A stretch of 63,531 nt of DNA, filler included. It is 4 parts of 4 records of this genome, joined end to end, with 100 filler letters (N's around TTAATTAATTAA, not from the genome) between each part and the next. Parts side by side here need not be neighbours in the genome. Positions count along the whole stretch, not along the records: positions 45,284 to 58,299 come from DRR723986_842; 3 more parts are not named here. One strand, given 5' to 3'. This document shows positions 46,325 through 55,947 of this stretch, piece by piece. How positions within the stretch are numbered: the first letter of the stretch is position 1; every line of letters starts with the position of its first letter. Both the position numbers and the translations under genes were made by a program. The notes under the pieces are model-generated. The model made no database searches. It saw only the letters and a list, made by a program, of their open reading frames with translations, and was not told where the DNA came from.

Positions 46325-47832
46325 CCGGCACCACCCCCGCCTTGCGCCTGGAAGGCATCGTCAAGACCTTCCCCGGCGTGCGCGCGCTCGACGGTGTGTC
46401 CTTTTCCGTCCTGCCCGGCGAAGTGCATGCTCTGATGGGCGAAAACGGCGCCGGAAAGTCGACCCTCATGAAAGTGCTTGGCGGCATCTATCAGCCTGAT
46501 GAAGGCAAGATTATCGTCAGCGAGCAACCGGTTGTCATGACGTCGCCGCTTCAGGCGAAAAGCAAGGGCATCGTCTTCATCCATCAGGAACTGAGCCTCG
46601 CCGAGGAACTGACAGTTGCCGAAAACATCTATCTCGGCGAACTGCCGCGAAAGAGCTTCGGCCGGGTCGACTGGCAAAAGCTGCATGAGCAGACCAACCG
46701 CATTCTGGAGATGCTCAAAGTCGGCTTCGACGCCCGCACGCGTGTCGGCGATCTCTCCATCGCCAACCAGCAGATGGTGGAAATCGCGCGTGCCCTGACA
46801 GTGGAAGCCAAGGCGGTCATCTTTGATGAGCCGACCGCCTCGCTGACCGATGCGGAAAAGGTGGTTCTGTTCGATGTCATCGACAACCTGAAAGCCGAAG
46901 GCGTCGGCATCATCTACATCTCGCACCGGATGGAAGAGATCTTCAGGATCACCGACCGCATCAGCGTGCTGCGGGACGGACAGTATCGCGGCACGCTGAA
47001 CACCGCTGAAACCAGCGAGGACGAGATTACGCAGCTCATGATCGGCCGCAAGCTCGACCTGTCACGCAACGCCGTCCATCACGAACTGGGTGATGTGGCA
47101 CTGGAGGTACGAGGGCTCTCCTGTGGTTCGCTTTTCCGTGACATCAGCTTCGAAGTGCGCAAGGGAGAGGTTGTCGGCTTTTATGGCCTGGTCGGGGCCG
47201 GCCGCACGGAAATCGCCGAAACGCTGTTCGGTCTCAGAGAACCCAGCAGTGGCGCTATTTTCCTGAACGGGCAAGAAACTGCCATTCACTCGCCGGCCGA
47301 TGCCATCGCCAAGGGTATCTCGCTGGTGCCTGAGGACCGCAAGACGCAGGGCCTCGTTCTGGGCATGAACTGCCGGGACAACATGACCCTGCCTCAAGTA
47401 GACGACTTGAAAGCCGGCCCATTCGTCGCCGAAGGCGCGGAGATCGCGATTTTTGACCAGTACCGGGACCGGCTCGACATTCGCACGCCCGGCTGGAAGC
47501 AGCTTGCCGGCAACCTTTCCGGCGGTAACCAGCAGAAGATCGTGATCGGCAAGTGGCTTTCGATGCACCCGAGCGTTCTGATCGTCGATGAACCGACACG
47601 CGGCATCGATGTCGGCAGCAAGTCCGAGATCCACAACCTCATCCGCGAACTGGCAAGCCAGGGCTATGCGGTCATCGTCATCAGTTCGGAAATGCCGGAG
47701 GTCCTGCATGTAAGTGACCGGATCGTCGCCATGTACAGCGGCGAGATCATCCGGACTTTCACCTCCGAGGAAGTTACCGAAGACAATCTCATCCAGGCCA
47801 TTTCCGGCATTCGGCCGGACAAGGCCGCCTGA
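46321..47832 (+). CDS. Monosaccharide ABC transporter ATP-binding protein (RbsA-like)
   Basis: GENGAGKST, FDEPT, YISHRMEE, LSGGNQQK, DEPTRGIDVG and ISSEMPE; ATGA overlap. Confidence 0.92.
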   Translation: MTGTTPALRLEGIVKTFPGVRALDGVSFSVLPGEVHALMGENGAGKSTLMKVLGGIYQPDEGKIIVSEQPVVMTSPLQAKSKGIVFIHQELSLAEELTVAENIYLGELPRKSFGRVDWQKLHEQTNRILEMLKVGFDARTRVGDLSIANQQMVEIARALTVEAKAVIFDEPTASLTDAEKVVLFDVIDNLKAEGVGIIYISHRMEEIFRITDRISVLRDGQYRGTLNTAETSEDEITQLMIGRKLDLSRNAVHHELGDVALEVRGLSCGSLFRDISFEVRKGEVVGFYGLVGAGRTEIAETLFGLREPSSGAIFLNGQETAIHSPADAIAKGISLVPEDRKTQGLVLGMNCRDNMTLPQVDDLKAGPFVAEGAEIAIFDQYRDRLDIRTPGWKQLAGNLSGGNQQKIVIGKWLSMHPSVLIVDEPTRGIDVGSKSEIHNLIRELASQGYAVIVISSEMPEVLHVSDRIVAMYSGEIIRTFTSEEVTEDNLIQAISGIRPDKAA

Positions 47833-48707
47833 TGCGGGTCGGATTTGCGGGGCTTGGCCGGATGGGCGTGCGCATGGCTGCCAATCTGGCCGCCGCCGGT
47901 CTGGATGTGAGCGTCTGGAACCGGACAGCTGGAACTGCACAGGCCTTCGCCGCCGCCCACAACGCCTTTTCGGCAGCCAACCCAAAAGACCTGGCGGAAC
48001 GGTCGGATGTGGTGATCACCATGCTCGCCGACGACACCGCCGCGGAGACAGTCTATCACGGGCCGGATGGCCTGCTTGAGGCGTCAGGGGGCAGTCGGGT
48101 TCTGGCCGAAATGGGTACCATTTCCGTACCGATGGCAGAACGTCTGGCGCTATCGGCACGGGAGAAAGGCCGACGCTTCGTCGATGCGCCGGTTTCCGGT
48201 GCCACACAAGCGGCGGCGGATGCCAAGCTGCTTATCATGGCAGGAGCAGAAGCAACTGATGTGCCTGACCTGGCCCGCCTCTTCGAGGTTCTTGGCCGGA
48301 AAACCGTCTGGCTTGGCAAATCCGGCGCAGGCGCTGCCATGAAACTCGGCGTCAACATGCTCATTCATGGCCTCAACCAGACATTGTCAGAAGCCCTTAC
48401 GCTGACCTCAGCAGCCGGCATCTCAAAAGAACAAGCCTATGAGGTCGTTGAGAATTCGGCGGCAGCCGCTCCGGTTCTCGCCTATCGCAAGGGGCTTTAT
48501 CTGGATGAGACTGCGCATGACGTCAGCTTCACGGTCGCACTTGCCCGCAAGGATGTCGGGCTGGCGCTGGAGCTTGCATCCACTTGCGGTGTGATCATGC
48601 CGCAGGCGGAACTCAATCATGCGGTTCTGAAGGCCGCCGGATCAGCCGGATATGACGACCGCGACATGGCTTCCATTCTTTCTTTCGTGAACAAGGGTCT
48701 GAAATGA
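47832..48707 (+). CDS. NAD(P)-dependent beta-hydroxyacid dehydrogenase (3-hydroxyisobutyrate DH family)
   Basis: GFAGLGRMG..MA.NL, WNRT, FVDAPVSG, MKLGVN and KDV.LA. Confidence 0.88.
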   Translation: MRVGFAGLGRMGVRMAANLAAAGLDVSVWNRTAGTAQAFAAAHNAFSAANPKDLAERSDVVITMLADDTAAETVYHGPDGLLEASGGSRVLAEMGTISVPMAERLALSAREKGRRFVDAPVSGATQAAADAKLLIMAGAEATDVPDLARLFEVLGRKTVWLGKSGAGAAMKLGVNMLIHGLNQTLSEALTLTSAAGISKEQAYEVVENSAAAAPVLAYRKGLYLDETAHDVSFTVALARKDVGLALELASTCGVIMPQAELNHAVLKAAGSAGYDDRDMASILSFVNKGLK

Positions 48708-49414
48708 AGGCAGTTCTGTTTGTCGGTGGCTGGGAAGGCCACACACCAACCCATTTCAGCGACTGGTATGAGGCCTTGCTTCGCGACAATGGTTTCAGCG
48801 TTACCGTCTACGATACGATGGAACCGCTGGAACGCCCGGAAGACCTTGCCGATGTCGACCTGATCACGCCTATCTGGTCCTCGGCCCGGTCGGGTCACCA
48901 GCAGGAATTCGGCAACATGACCAAACCGCAGGAGGACGGGCTGCTGAAGCTCGTCGCCAACGGCTGCGGCATTGCCGGGTGGCACGGACATATGGGAGAT
49001 GCCTTCCGCGACCGGCCGACCTACCACTTCCTGATTGGAGGCCAATTTGTTGCCCATCCTCCCGGTTGGCCGGACAACCTGCAGCCCAGGGAGGACTACA
49101 TCGACTACGACGTGACGATCTGCAAACCGGACGATCCGATCGTGAAGGGCATCAGGAGTTTCCGCCTCAGGTCCGAGCAATACTACATGCTGGTCGATCC
49201 CTCCAACGACGTGCTGGCCACCACGACCTTCTCAGGCGATCATTTGTGGTGGATCGAGGGCACCGTCATTCCCGTTGTCTGGAAACGGCGCTGGGACAAG
49301 GGCCGAGTGTTCTACTGCTCCATCGGACACGAACTGGATGACCTGAAGGTTCCCCAGGTGACGGAGATCATCCGTCGCGGTGCACTCTGGGCAGCAGAAG
49401 GCAAATCCGCTTAG
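48704..49414 (+). CDS. ThuA-like domain protein
   Basis: GGWEGH.P, G.AGWHG..GDAFR, GGQFVAHP, SEQYYM..DP and GRVFYCSIGH. Confidence 0.85.
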   Translation: MKAVLFVGGWEGHTPTHFSDWYEALLRDNGFSVTVYDTMEPLERPEDLADVDLITPIWSSARSGHQQEFGNMTKPQEDGLLKLVANGCGIAGWHGHMGDAFRDRPTYHFLIGGQFVAHPPGWPDNLQPREDYIDYDVTICKPDDPIVKGIRSFRLRSEQYYMLVDPSNDVLATTTFSGDHLWWIEGTVIPVVWKRRWDKGRVFYCSIGHELDDLKVPQVTEIIRRGALWAAEGKSA

Positions 49415-49517
49415 TGACCCGCAAAGAACACACCCTTCAAGAACCGTCAGCTTTGCAATAGGATATTCAAACTTTCACGATCGTCTGGCGCACCTTTCAC
49501 TGCGCTGATCTGCGCGA

Positions 49518-50324
49518 ATGCAGTTAATACACTGCAGGAACAGGGAGACGTTTTTGAAGTTTGATAGAAAGATCTTCTTCTGCCATATCCCGAAAACAGC
49601 CGGCACCTCATTGCGCCTGTCGCTGGAACAGGCTGTCGGAGACGCAGCCGTTGTTCCCTCTCAGGCGCTGATTTCCCATCATGGTGGCCGCTATCCGCCG
49701 CTTCACGAAGCCCTGCAGGAGCTTCAGGAGAAGCCGGACTATCGCCTGTTTCGGGGACACTACGGCTTTTGGGTCCGAAAATATCTTCCGAGGAATACAC
49801 TGACGATCGTAGTTCTGCGTGATCCGGTAGAGCGTGCCATTTCCCACATTCGCCATTTTCTCGCAGACGGAAAAACGACAGAGGCAGAAGCGCTTGAAAG
49901 TCTGGATCAGGGAAGATTGCCAATTCCTGACAATGCTTTGTGCCGATATCTGGGTGGTGCGGCCATAGAAGCAGCAGGACAAGAGCTGTCCGCCCGATTT
50001 CTTGATTCCAAATCAATACCGATTGTCGATCATAACGATCTTTTCAAACGGGCTATTTCAACCGGTCACTCGGTGGACATCATGGGTTTTACCGATGATA
50101 TGCCGGCTCTCTATGAGAAGATCTCGCAAGAAACCGGCCTGCCCCTCACAATGCGGCAGGACAATCCGAGCCGCTATCCTGCGCTTTCGCTTTCAGACCG
50201 TCAGCTCGACACCGTCAGGAGACACAATCAACTCGATCTGCAGCTCTATGAGGCAATGCGAGCAGAGCGCAATTCCAACAAGTTGACACGGCTCCTAAAA
50301 AGAACAGGACTATACCGAACCTGA
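49518..50324 (+). CDS. Sulfotransferase family 2 domain protein
   Basis: 5'-PSB HIPKTAGTS, 3'-PB LRDPVERAISH and N.LD.QLYE; start uncertain. Confidence 0.8.
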   Translation: MQLIHCRNRETFLKFDRKIFFCHIPKTAGTSLRLSLEQAVGDAAVVPSQALISHHGGRYPPLHEALQELQEKPDYRLFRGHYGFWVRKYLPRNTLTIVVLRDPVERAISHIRHFLADGKTTEAEALESLDQGRLPIPDNALCRYLGGAAIEAAGQELSARFLDSKSIPIVDHNDLFKRAISTGHSVDIMGFTDDMPALYEKISQETGLPLTMRQDNPSRYPALSLSDRQLDTVRRHNQLDLQLYEAMRAERNSNKLTRLLKRTGLYRT

Positions 50325-50433
50325 TCTGCAGCTAAGGCCCTGCCTGCCAGAGCCCCCACTAGAGACCGTCGGCTTGCTGACGTGGAAATCAACCGCATGA
50401 ACAATCCACTTGCAGGCAAATGGGCCGGAGGCG

Positions 50434-51156
50434 CTAAACTCTGGCGCCCAGCTTGACCTGCACATTGAGACGGGACGCAGCACCCTGAACATGAGCCGCC
50501 ATGGCTTCCCGGGCGCCTGTCCTGTCACCTGCCTCAATGGCCTCAAGCACCCTGCAATGTTCACCCAAAGTGATCTCCACCAGGTCGTCCTTGGCGTAGA
50601 TGTCGGATGTCACCCGCGTGGTTTCCTTCAGCCTGGAGGAGATGTAGCAGATGATGGCGAAGAGATAGGAGTTGCCGGCCGCCTTGCCGATTGCGCGGTG
50701 AAACACGGCGTCGGCTTCCAGCCGCTGTTCGTCGAACTGCTTGTGCCCTTCCAGAATGGCGACTGCTGCCCGCATCTCCCTGAGATCTGCCCCTGTGCGA
50801 CGCATCGCGGCAAGTCCCGCAGCTTCGATTTCCAGGAGGCCACGCAACTCGAACAGGTCCGCAAGGTTGCCGGACTTGTCGAGTGAGCGGATATCGACCC
50901 GGAAGGTTTCGCGCTCCGAAACAGGTTTGACAATGGCCCCACGCCCCTGACGCGATTCAATGACGCCATCAGACCGCAGCCTGGCAATGGCTTCGCGCAC
51001 CACATTTCGGCTCACGCCAAAGGTTCCGGCGAGTGCATGTTCGGTCGGCAACGTATCGCCGGGATTCAGTTCACCATCCTGAATTTTCGCCATGATGTCT
51101 GCTGCGATGCGGTCCGGTAACAGCGATGACCGACGCACTTCCCGAAACTCAGCCAT
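50434..51156 (-). CDS. GntR/FadR-family transcriptional regulator
   Basis: LNPGDTLPTE..LA..FGVSRNVVREA..L, ELR..LE and D..FH..I..AAGN. Confidence 0.92.
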   Translation of the reverse strand: MAEFREVRRSSLLPDRIAADIMAKIQDGELNPGDTLPTEHALAGTFGVSRNVVREAIARLRSDGVIESRQGRGAIVKPVSERETFRVDIRSLDKSGNLADLFELRGLLEIEAAGLAAMRRTGADLREMRAAVAILEGHKQFDEQRLEADAVFHRAIGKAAGNSYLFAIICYISSRLKETTRVTSDIYAKDDLVEITLGEHCRVLEAIEAGDRTGAREAMAAHVQGAASRLNVQVKLGARV

Positions 51157-51354
51157 GCCGGGCTCCTCTTCGCATTGCCGGTGGGTTATTCGTGTTCTTC
51201 AACGGCTTAATGCATCCTTAGGCCAAGCTCGGGTGCTTGTCGAGCCGGTCGGTACCTTGGTATCAGATGGCGGAAACCCGCTATTCTCACGGATCGAACG
51301 CGATTACGGAAGCAGATTGCAGATCGAGCCGAGGAACCCGTTTCCCACGAAGCC

Positions 51355-52269
51355 CTAAAGCGCGTAGATCACCTCTGCTGCGCGAACGGCAGCGGAGGCC
51401 CGGTTCTCAACACCAAGTTTGACGAAGATCTGCTCCAGATGCTTGTTCACGGTGCGCGGCGACAGACCCAGAATTTCGCCGATATCCTTGTTGGACTTGC
51501 CCTTGGCGATCCAGATCAGGACTTCCGCCTCGCGCTGTGTCAGTTCAAAGCTGCCCTGCAGCGCCTGTACCTGTCCGGCTTCGTCTTCTGCGGTGACGCG
51601 GAACAGGTTTTCATCCGGGCCGACACGGCCAAGCGGGTGAAGTTGCACTGCCAGGTTTTCAGATAAGCCGAGCATGAAACTCTTGCGACGCTCGCCGGAG
51701 GAATTCGGCCCGTCCAGCCAGTCCCCCAGTGCTCGGCCCAGCCGGAAAAGACTGGTTTCGGCAGCCCCTGTCTTTGCCAGCAGGTTGTGAATTTGCGGTG
51801 TCGACCAAAGCACTGTCCCCTCCTGAGACACGGCCACCAGATGGCGCCCGGCTGCATCCAGCGCCACATGCGCGCTTTGAACCGACCGGGCATTCTTCAG
51901 ATGCACCTTGATCCGCGCCTTCAGTTCGTCGACGTCGATCGGCTTGGTAAGGAAATCGACCCCGCCGGATTCCAGCGCCTTTACCACATGTTCCGTTTCG
52001 GACAGCCCGGTCATGAAAATCACCGGGACATGCTGAAGCGCCGGGTTTTCCTTGATCTGCCGGCAGGTCTCAAAACCGTCGAGGCCGGGCATGACCGCAT
52101 CCATCAGGATCGTATCCGGTGTCACCTTGTTGCAGATGTTGAGAGCGGTTTCGCCGCTGGTCGCCACCAGAACGGCTACGCCGGTCTTTTTCAGGGCTTC
52201 GGTGACGAAGCCGAGCGTTTCCGGGCTGTCGTCGACCACAAGGACCGTATCGCGACGATCATCCGTCAT
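51355..52269 (-). CDS. Response regulator with REC and LuxR HTH domains
   Basis: VLVVDDSP, MDAVMPGLDGFETC, GGVDFLTKP and LTQREAEVL.WIAKGKSNKDIGEILGLSPRTVNKHLE. Confidence 0.9.
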   Translation of the reverse strand: MTDDRRDTVLVVDDSPETLGFVTEALKKTGVAVLVATSGETALNICNKVTPDTILMDAVMPGLDGFETCRQIKENPALQHVPVIFMTGLSETEHVVKALESGGVDFLTKPIDVDELKARIKVHLKNARSVQSAHVALDAAGRHLVAVSQEGTVLWSTPQIHNLLAKTGAAETSLFRLGRALGDWLDGPNSSGERRKSFMLGLSENLAVQLHPLGRVGPDENLFRVTAEDEAGQVQALQGSFELTQREAEVLIWIAKGKSNKDIGEILGLSPRTVNKHLEQIFVKLGVENRASAAVRAAEVIYAL

Positions 52270-55200
52270 GTGTTTCCAATTCACTCAAGACGTTTTTGTA
52301 GGCATCGAAATCGAACCGGGCGAGATGGACATTCAATGCATCGATCAGGGGCAGATTTTCCGGCGTTTTCGCCAGTTCGTTCAATTTGGCCTCGATGCCT
52401 TCCACATAACCGATCTCCGCAAGCGAGATGAGATCGGCGACGTGATCGGCACCGGGCGATTTCAAGGGATCCTTTCGGGCGGGTTCCTGGTTTCGCTCGA
52501 CCGGCTGTTCGGTCCAGACAACACCCATGTGTTTTTGCAGCAGGTCGTAAAGCTGGCCGATGCCGAAGGGCTTTGCAAGGGTTGCCGAATGGTGAGCCGG
52601 ACCGTCCGGCCGCAAAGCCTTGTCACCGATGTTGGCCGACAGCATGATGATCGGCGCGCTGACGCCTCTGTCCCTCAGGTCCTCGGCCAGTTCCCAACCG
52701 TTCATTCCCGGCATCAGGATATCGATCAGGTAGAGATCCGGCCGGAGCGGCTCGACCGTCTCCAGGCAGGCCCTGCCCGTATCCGCCTCGACGACGGCAA
52801 ATCCGATCGGTTTCAGGATATCGCAGACAAGCGCTCGGTGATCCGGATTGTCATCGATCACAGCAACCGTCTTCCGCTCGCCTTCGTAACCTCGCACCTG
52901 TCTTTCCAGGCGGATGGTATCGACAGGCCGGTCGACAGCCGCCAGCATCAGCCGCACTTCAAAGGAAGCGCCCTTCCCTGGTTCGCTGGACAGCGCAATG
53001 GCTCCACCCATGGTTTCCGTCAGAAGCTTGGTAATGGTCAACCCGAGCCCCAACCCCGGTGTCTTCGCCCCGTCCGCGGTCTTGCTGCGGCCGAATGGTT
53101 CGAAAATCTTGACCTGTTCGTCAAGCGCGATGCCCGGTCCGCTGTCCGACACGACAAAGCTGGCCACCTGTGACCGGTAACTGACCGAAAACGAAACAAT
53201 GCCCTCAGAGGTGAACTTGATCGCATTCGACAGGAGGTTCACCAGGATCTGTCGCAGACGTTTTTCGTCGGTTCGTACAAACACCGGCAGGTTGGGAGCG
53301 CGCGCATAGTTGAAGCCGAGCCCCTTGGCAGCCGCCTGCATGCGGAACATATCGACGATCTGATCCAGAAACTCGTGAATGTTGATCTCGTTGGAATAGA
53401 TCTGCAGCCTGCCAGCCTCGATCCGCGAAATATCCAGAAGGCCGTCGATCAGCCCCGACAGATGCTCTGCACTGCGCCGGATTGTGCTGATCGCAGGCCT
53501 GCGGGCTGTCGGCACGCTGTCGTCCCGCTCCAGCACCTGGGCATAGCCCATGACCGCGTTCAAGGGTGTTCTGAGTTCGTGACTGAGGCCGACAACGTAG
53601 CGGCTCTTGGCAAGGTTGGCGGCCTCGGCATCTTCCTTGGCCTTCTGCAGAGCCGCGTCGGTAACACCGTGAGCGTCGATTTCCTTCTGAAGCAGCGCGT
53701 TCTGGCGCATGGACTCTTCTTCGGCGACGCGCCGGGTGTCATGAGCAAGCACCAGGAACCAGCAGGCAATACCGACGACGATGGCAAAAACAAAGAAAAT
53801 CAACAGCACCGTCTGGCCGATGATGCCGGTCGGATCTCCCAGACGGTTTTCCGCCTGAGCATAAATGATCCAGAGAACCAGGCCGATTGCAGCATTCGAC
53901 AGAACAGAGATGAACGCATAGCGCCCCAGCCGGGACTGCAGAAACGCCATCGCGTTTTCCGGCAAAACCCGGCCCGCGACGGTGCCGACCTGATAGGAGA
54001 GCCGTGCCTTCGGCTTGCAGCTGTCGTGGCAGCGGGCATCGAGCGAGCAGCACAGCGAACAGATCGGCGACTGATAGGCCGGACAATAGGCCATGTCTTC
54101 CGGTTCGAACGGGTTTTCGCAGATCGAACAGGCGATGTGCTCCTTCGTCTGCCAGCTCTGGCGCGGCTTGCGAGCCAGGTAGAACCGCCCCCTGGTCGCA
54201 TAGGCGATCAGGGGGGCAGCGACAAAGGCGATGGCCATAGCCAGAAAGGTGGCCAGTGCCTCGGCCGTCTTGCCGAACTCGCCGAAGTGCGCGGCCAATG
54301 CGAGACCGGCGGCCAGAAGCATTGCGCCGGTACCAACCGGATTGATGTCATAAAGATGCGCGCGTTTGAATTCGATTCCCGGAGGCGACAGCCCGAGCGG
54401 CTTGTTGATGAAGAGGTCAGCCGAAATGGCGGAAAGCCAGGCCATCGCAATGATGGAAAAGACACCAAGGGTTTCTTCCAGCAACCGATAGATGCCGAGT
54501 TCCATCAACAGCAGAGCGATGCCGACATTGAATACGAGCCAGACGACCCGGCCGGGATGGGAGTGTGTGAGGCGCGAGAAGAAATTCGACCAGGCAAGCG
54601 ACCCGGCGTAGGCATTCATGACGTTGATCTTGAGCTGCGCCACCACCACGAATGCCGCCATCAGCAAGAGGACGACGGTTTCGTTCGGGATCATGTAGCC
54701 GAAAGCGACCGCATACATGCGCGAGGGTTCGTCGGCATGATCAACCGGAACACCGTGCGACAAAACGAGGACTGCCAGGAAAGAGCCTGCAATCATCTTG
54801 GGGGCACCGAGAACAACCCAGCCGGGCCCGGCCAGAAACAGGGCAAGCCGGTGCCGGCGGCGGGCATAATCCTGCGCCGGAAGAAACCGCAGAAAGTCCA
54901 CCTGTTCACCGATCTGTGCCATCAGCGCCAGAATGACTGCGGAGGCTGCGCCGAAGCTGACCAGGTTGATACTGTCCCAGCCGCCAGCTGTCGTACGCGG
55001 CGCCTGTGTTACCGGGTCGATGCCGGAAAACGTCAACCATTCGCCGACGGCCTGCCAGTCGGTGAAGGCAATGAAGACAAACGGCAGGATGTTCAGGATG
55101 ATCCAGAAGGGTTGGGTTGCGAGCTGAAAGCGGCTGATCCAGGTAATGCCGTGGGTAACCAGCGGAATGACCGCAACCGCGCTGATGACATACCCCAGCC

Positions 55201-55648
55201 AGAGCGGCACACCGAAAGCGAATTCCAGCGCGCTCGACATGATGGAAGCTTCAATCGCAAAGAGAATGAAGGTGAAGCTGGCATAGATCAGCGAAGTGAC
55301 CGTCGAACCGATGTAGCCGAACCCTGCACCACGCGTGAGCAGGTCTATATCGACGCCGTAACGCATGGCATAGCGGCTGATCGGCAGACCGACGACCAAC
55401 AGCACCAGGCTGCCGACCAGTATGGCGAGAAACGCGTTGGCTGTTCCGTGGGACAGGGTTATCGCACCACCGATCGCTTCCAGAGCCAGAAAGGAGATGG
55501 CCCCGATCGCCGTCTGGGAAATCGCACGTGAGGAAAAGCGGCGAGCGCTCTTGGCGGTGAACCGGAGCGCATAGTCTTCCAGGGTCTGGTTGTTGACCCA
55601 TTTGTTGTACTGGCGCCGAACAGGCAGAATGCGTTGGCGCGCCCTCAC
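52259..55648 (-). CDS. Hybrid histidine kinase with N-terminal permease-like (NCS1/APC-type) sensor, Cys-rich linker, HisKA, HATPase and REC
   Basis: About 12-14 hydrophobic helices; CSIC...C...CSLCC...C.DSC; SHELRTPLN, NLLSNAIKFT, DSGPGI, GLGLGL and DILMPGMNGW. Confidence 0.88.
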   Translation of the reverse strand: MRARQRILPVRRQYNKWVNNQTLEDYALRFTAKSARRFSSRAISQTAIGAISFLALEAIGGAITLSHGTANAFLAILVGSLVLLVVGLPISRYAMRYGVDIDLLTRGAGFGYIGSTVTSLIYASFTFILFAIEASIMSSALEFAFGVPLWLGYVISAVAVIPLVTHGITWISRFQLATQPFWIILNILPFVFIAFTDWQAVGEWLTFSGIDPVTQAPRTTAGGWDSINLVSFGAASAVILALMAQIGEQVDFLRFLPAQDYARRRHRLALFLAGPGWVVLGAPKMIAGSFLAVLVLSHGVPVDHADEPSRMYAVAFGYMIPNETVVLLLMAAFVVVAQLKINVMNAYAGSLAWSNFFSRLTHSHPGRVVWLVFNVGIALLLMELGIYRLLEETLGVFSIIAMAWLSAISADLFINKPLGLSPPGIEFKRAHLYDINPVGTGAMLLAAGLALAAHFGEFGKTAEALATFLAMAIAFVAAPLIAYATRGRFYLARKPRQSWQTKEHIACSICENPFEPEDMAYCPAYQSPICSLCCSLDARCHDSCKPKARLSYQVGTVAGRVLPENAMAFLQSRLGRYAFISVLSNAAIGLVLWIIYAQAENRLGDPTGIIGQTVLLIFFVFAIVVGIACWFLVLAHDTRRVAEEESMRQNALLQKEIDAHGVTDAALQKAKEDAEAANLAKSRYVVGLSHELRTPLNAVMGYAQVLERDDSVPTARRPAISTIRRSAEHLSGLIDGLLDISRIEAGRLQIYSNEINIHEFLDQIVDMFRMQAAAKGLGFNYARAPNLPVFVRTDEKRLRQILVNLLSNAIKFTSEGIVSFSVSYRSQVASFVVSDSGPGIALDEQVKIFEPFGRSKTADGAKTPGLGLGLTITKLLTETMGGAIALSSEPGKGASFEVRLMLAAVDRPVDTIRLERQVRGYEGERKTVAVIDDNPDHRALVCDILKPIGFAVVEADTGRACLETVEPLRPDLYLIDILMPGMNGWELAEDLRDRGVSAPIIMLSANIGDKALRPDGPAHHSATLAKPFGIGQLYDLLQKHMGVVWTEQPVERNQEPARKDPLKSPGADHVADLISLAEIGYVEGIEAKLNELAKTPENLPLIDALNVHLARFDFDAYKNVLSELETHDG

Positions 55649-55822
55649 GCGTCCACCTCCAAGCCGGCGTCAAATGCCCAACAACTGGACATATGACTAT
55701 TTATTCGGCAAATGCCGTTCTTCATCGCCCGCTTTCCGCCCCGTTTTTTTTCCAGCTCCTCTCTTCAGCACATTTCATGCCGTCTTTGCTTCTGGAACGC
55801 CGTGGCAGGCTTTCAAGCCGGT

Positions 55823-55838
55823 TACGTCAATTGACGTA
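55823..55838. promoter_or_regulatory. Perfect 16-bp palindrome, candidate binding site of the adjacent LuxR-type regulator
   Basis: TACGTCAATTGACGTA, between the divergent kinase and urtA. Confidence 0.7.
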
Positions 55839-55947
55839 TGTTGCGGTGCAGTGGTGCCAGTGCACGATCCCTTCCTGACAGCGGCACACCTTCCAGCCGC
55901 CAATCGCCGGCGTGGGAACCGGTGACGTCAAGCAAAGGGGAACATCC

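Noticed and set aside
51207-51221. CtrA-like TTAA-N7-TTAG upstream of gntR
   Set aside because: Single mismatched site in front of a sugar regulator; more likely part of an AT-rich promoter.
55847-55864. NtrC box or sigma54 promoter upstream of urtA
   Set aside because: TGCA...TGCA spacing is one base off the 17-bp NtrC consensus and the -24/-12 candidates lack a good TTGC.
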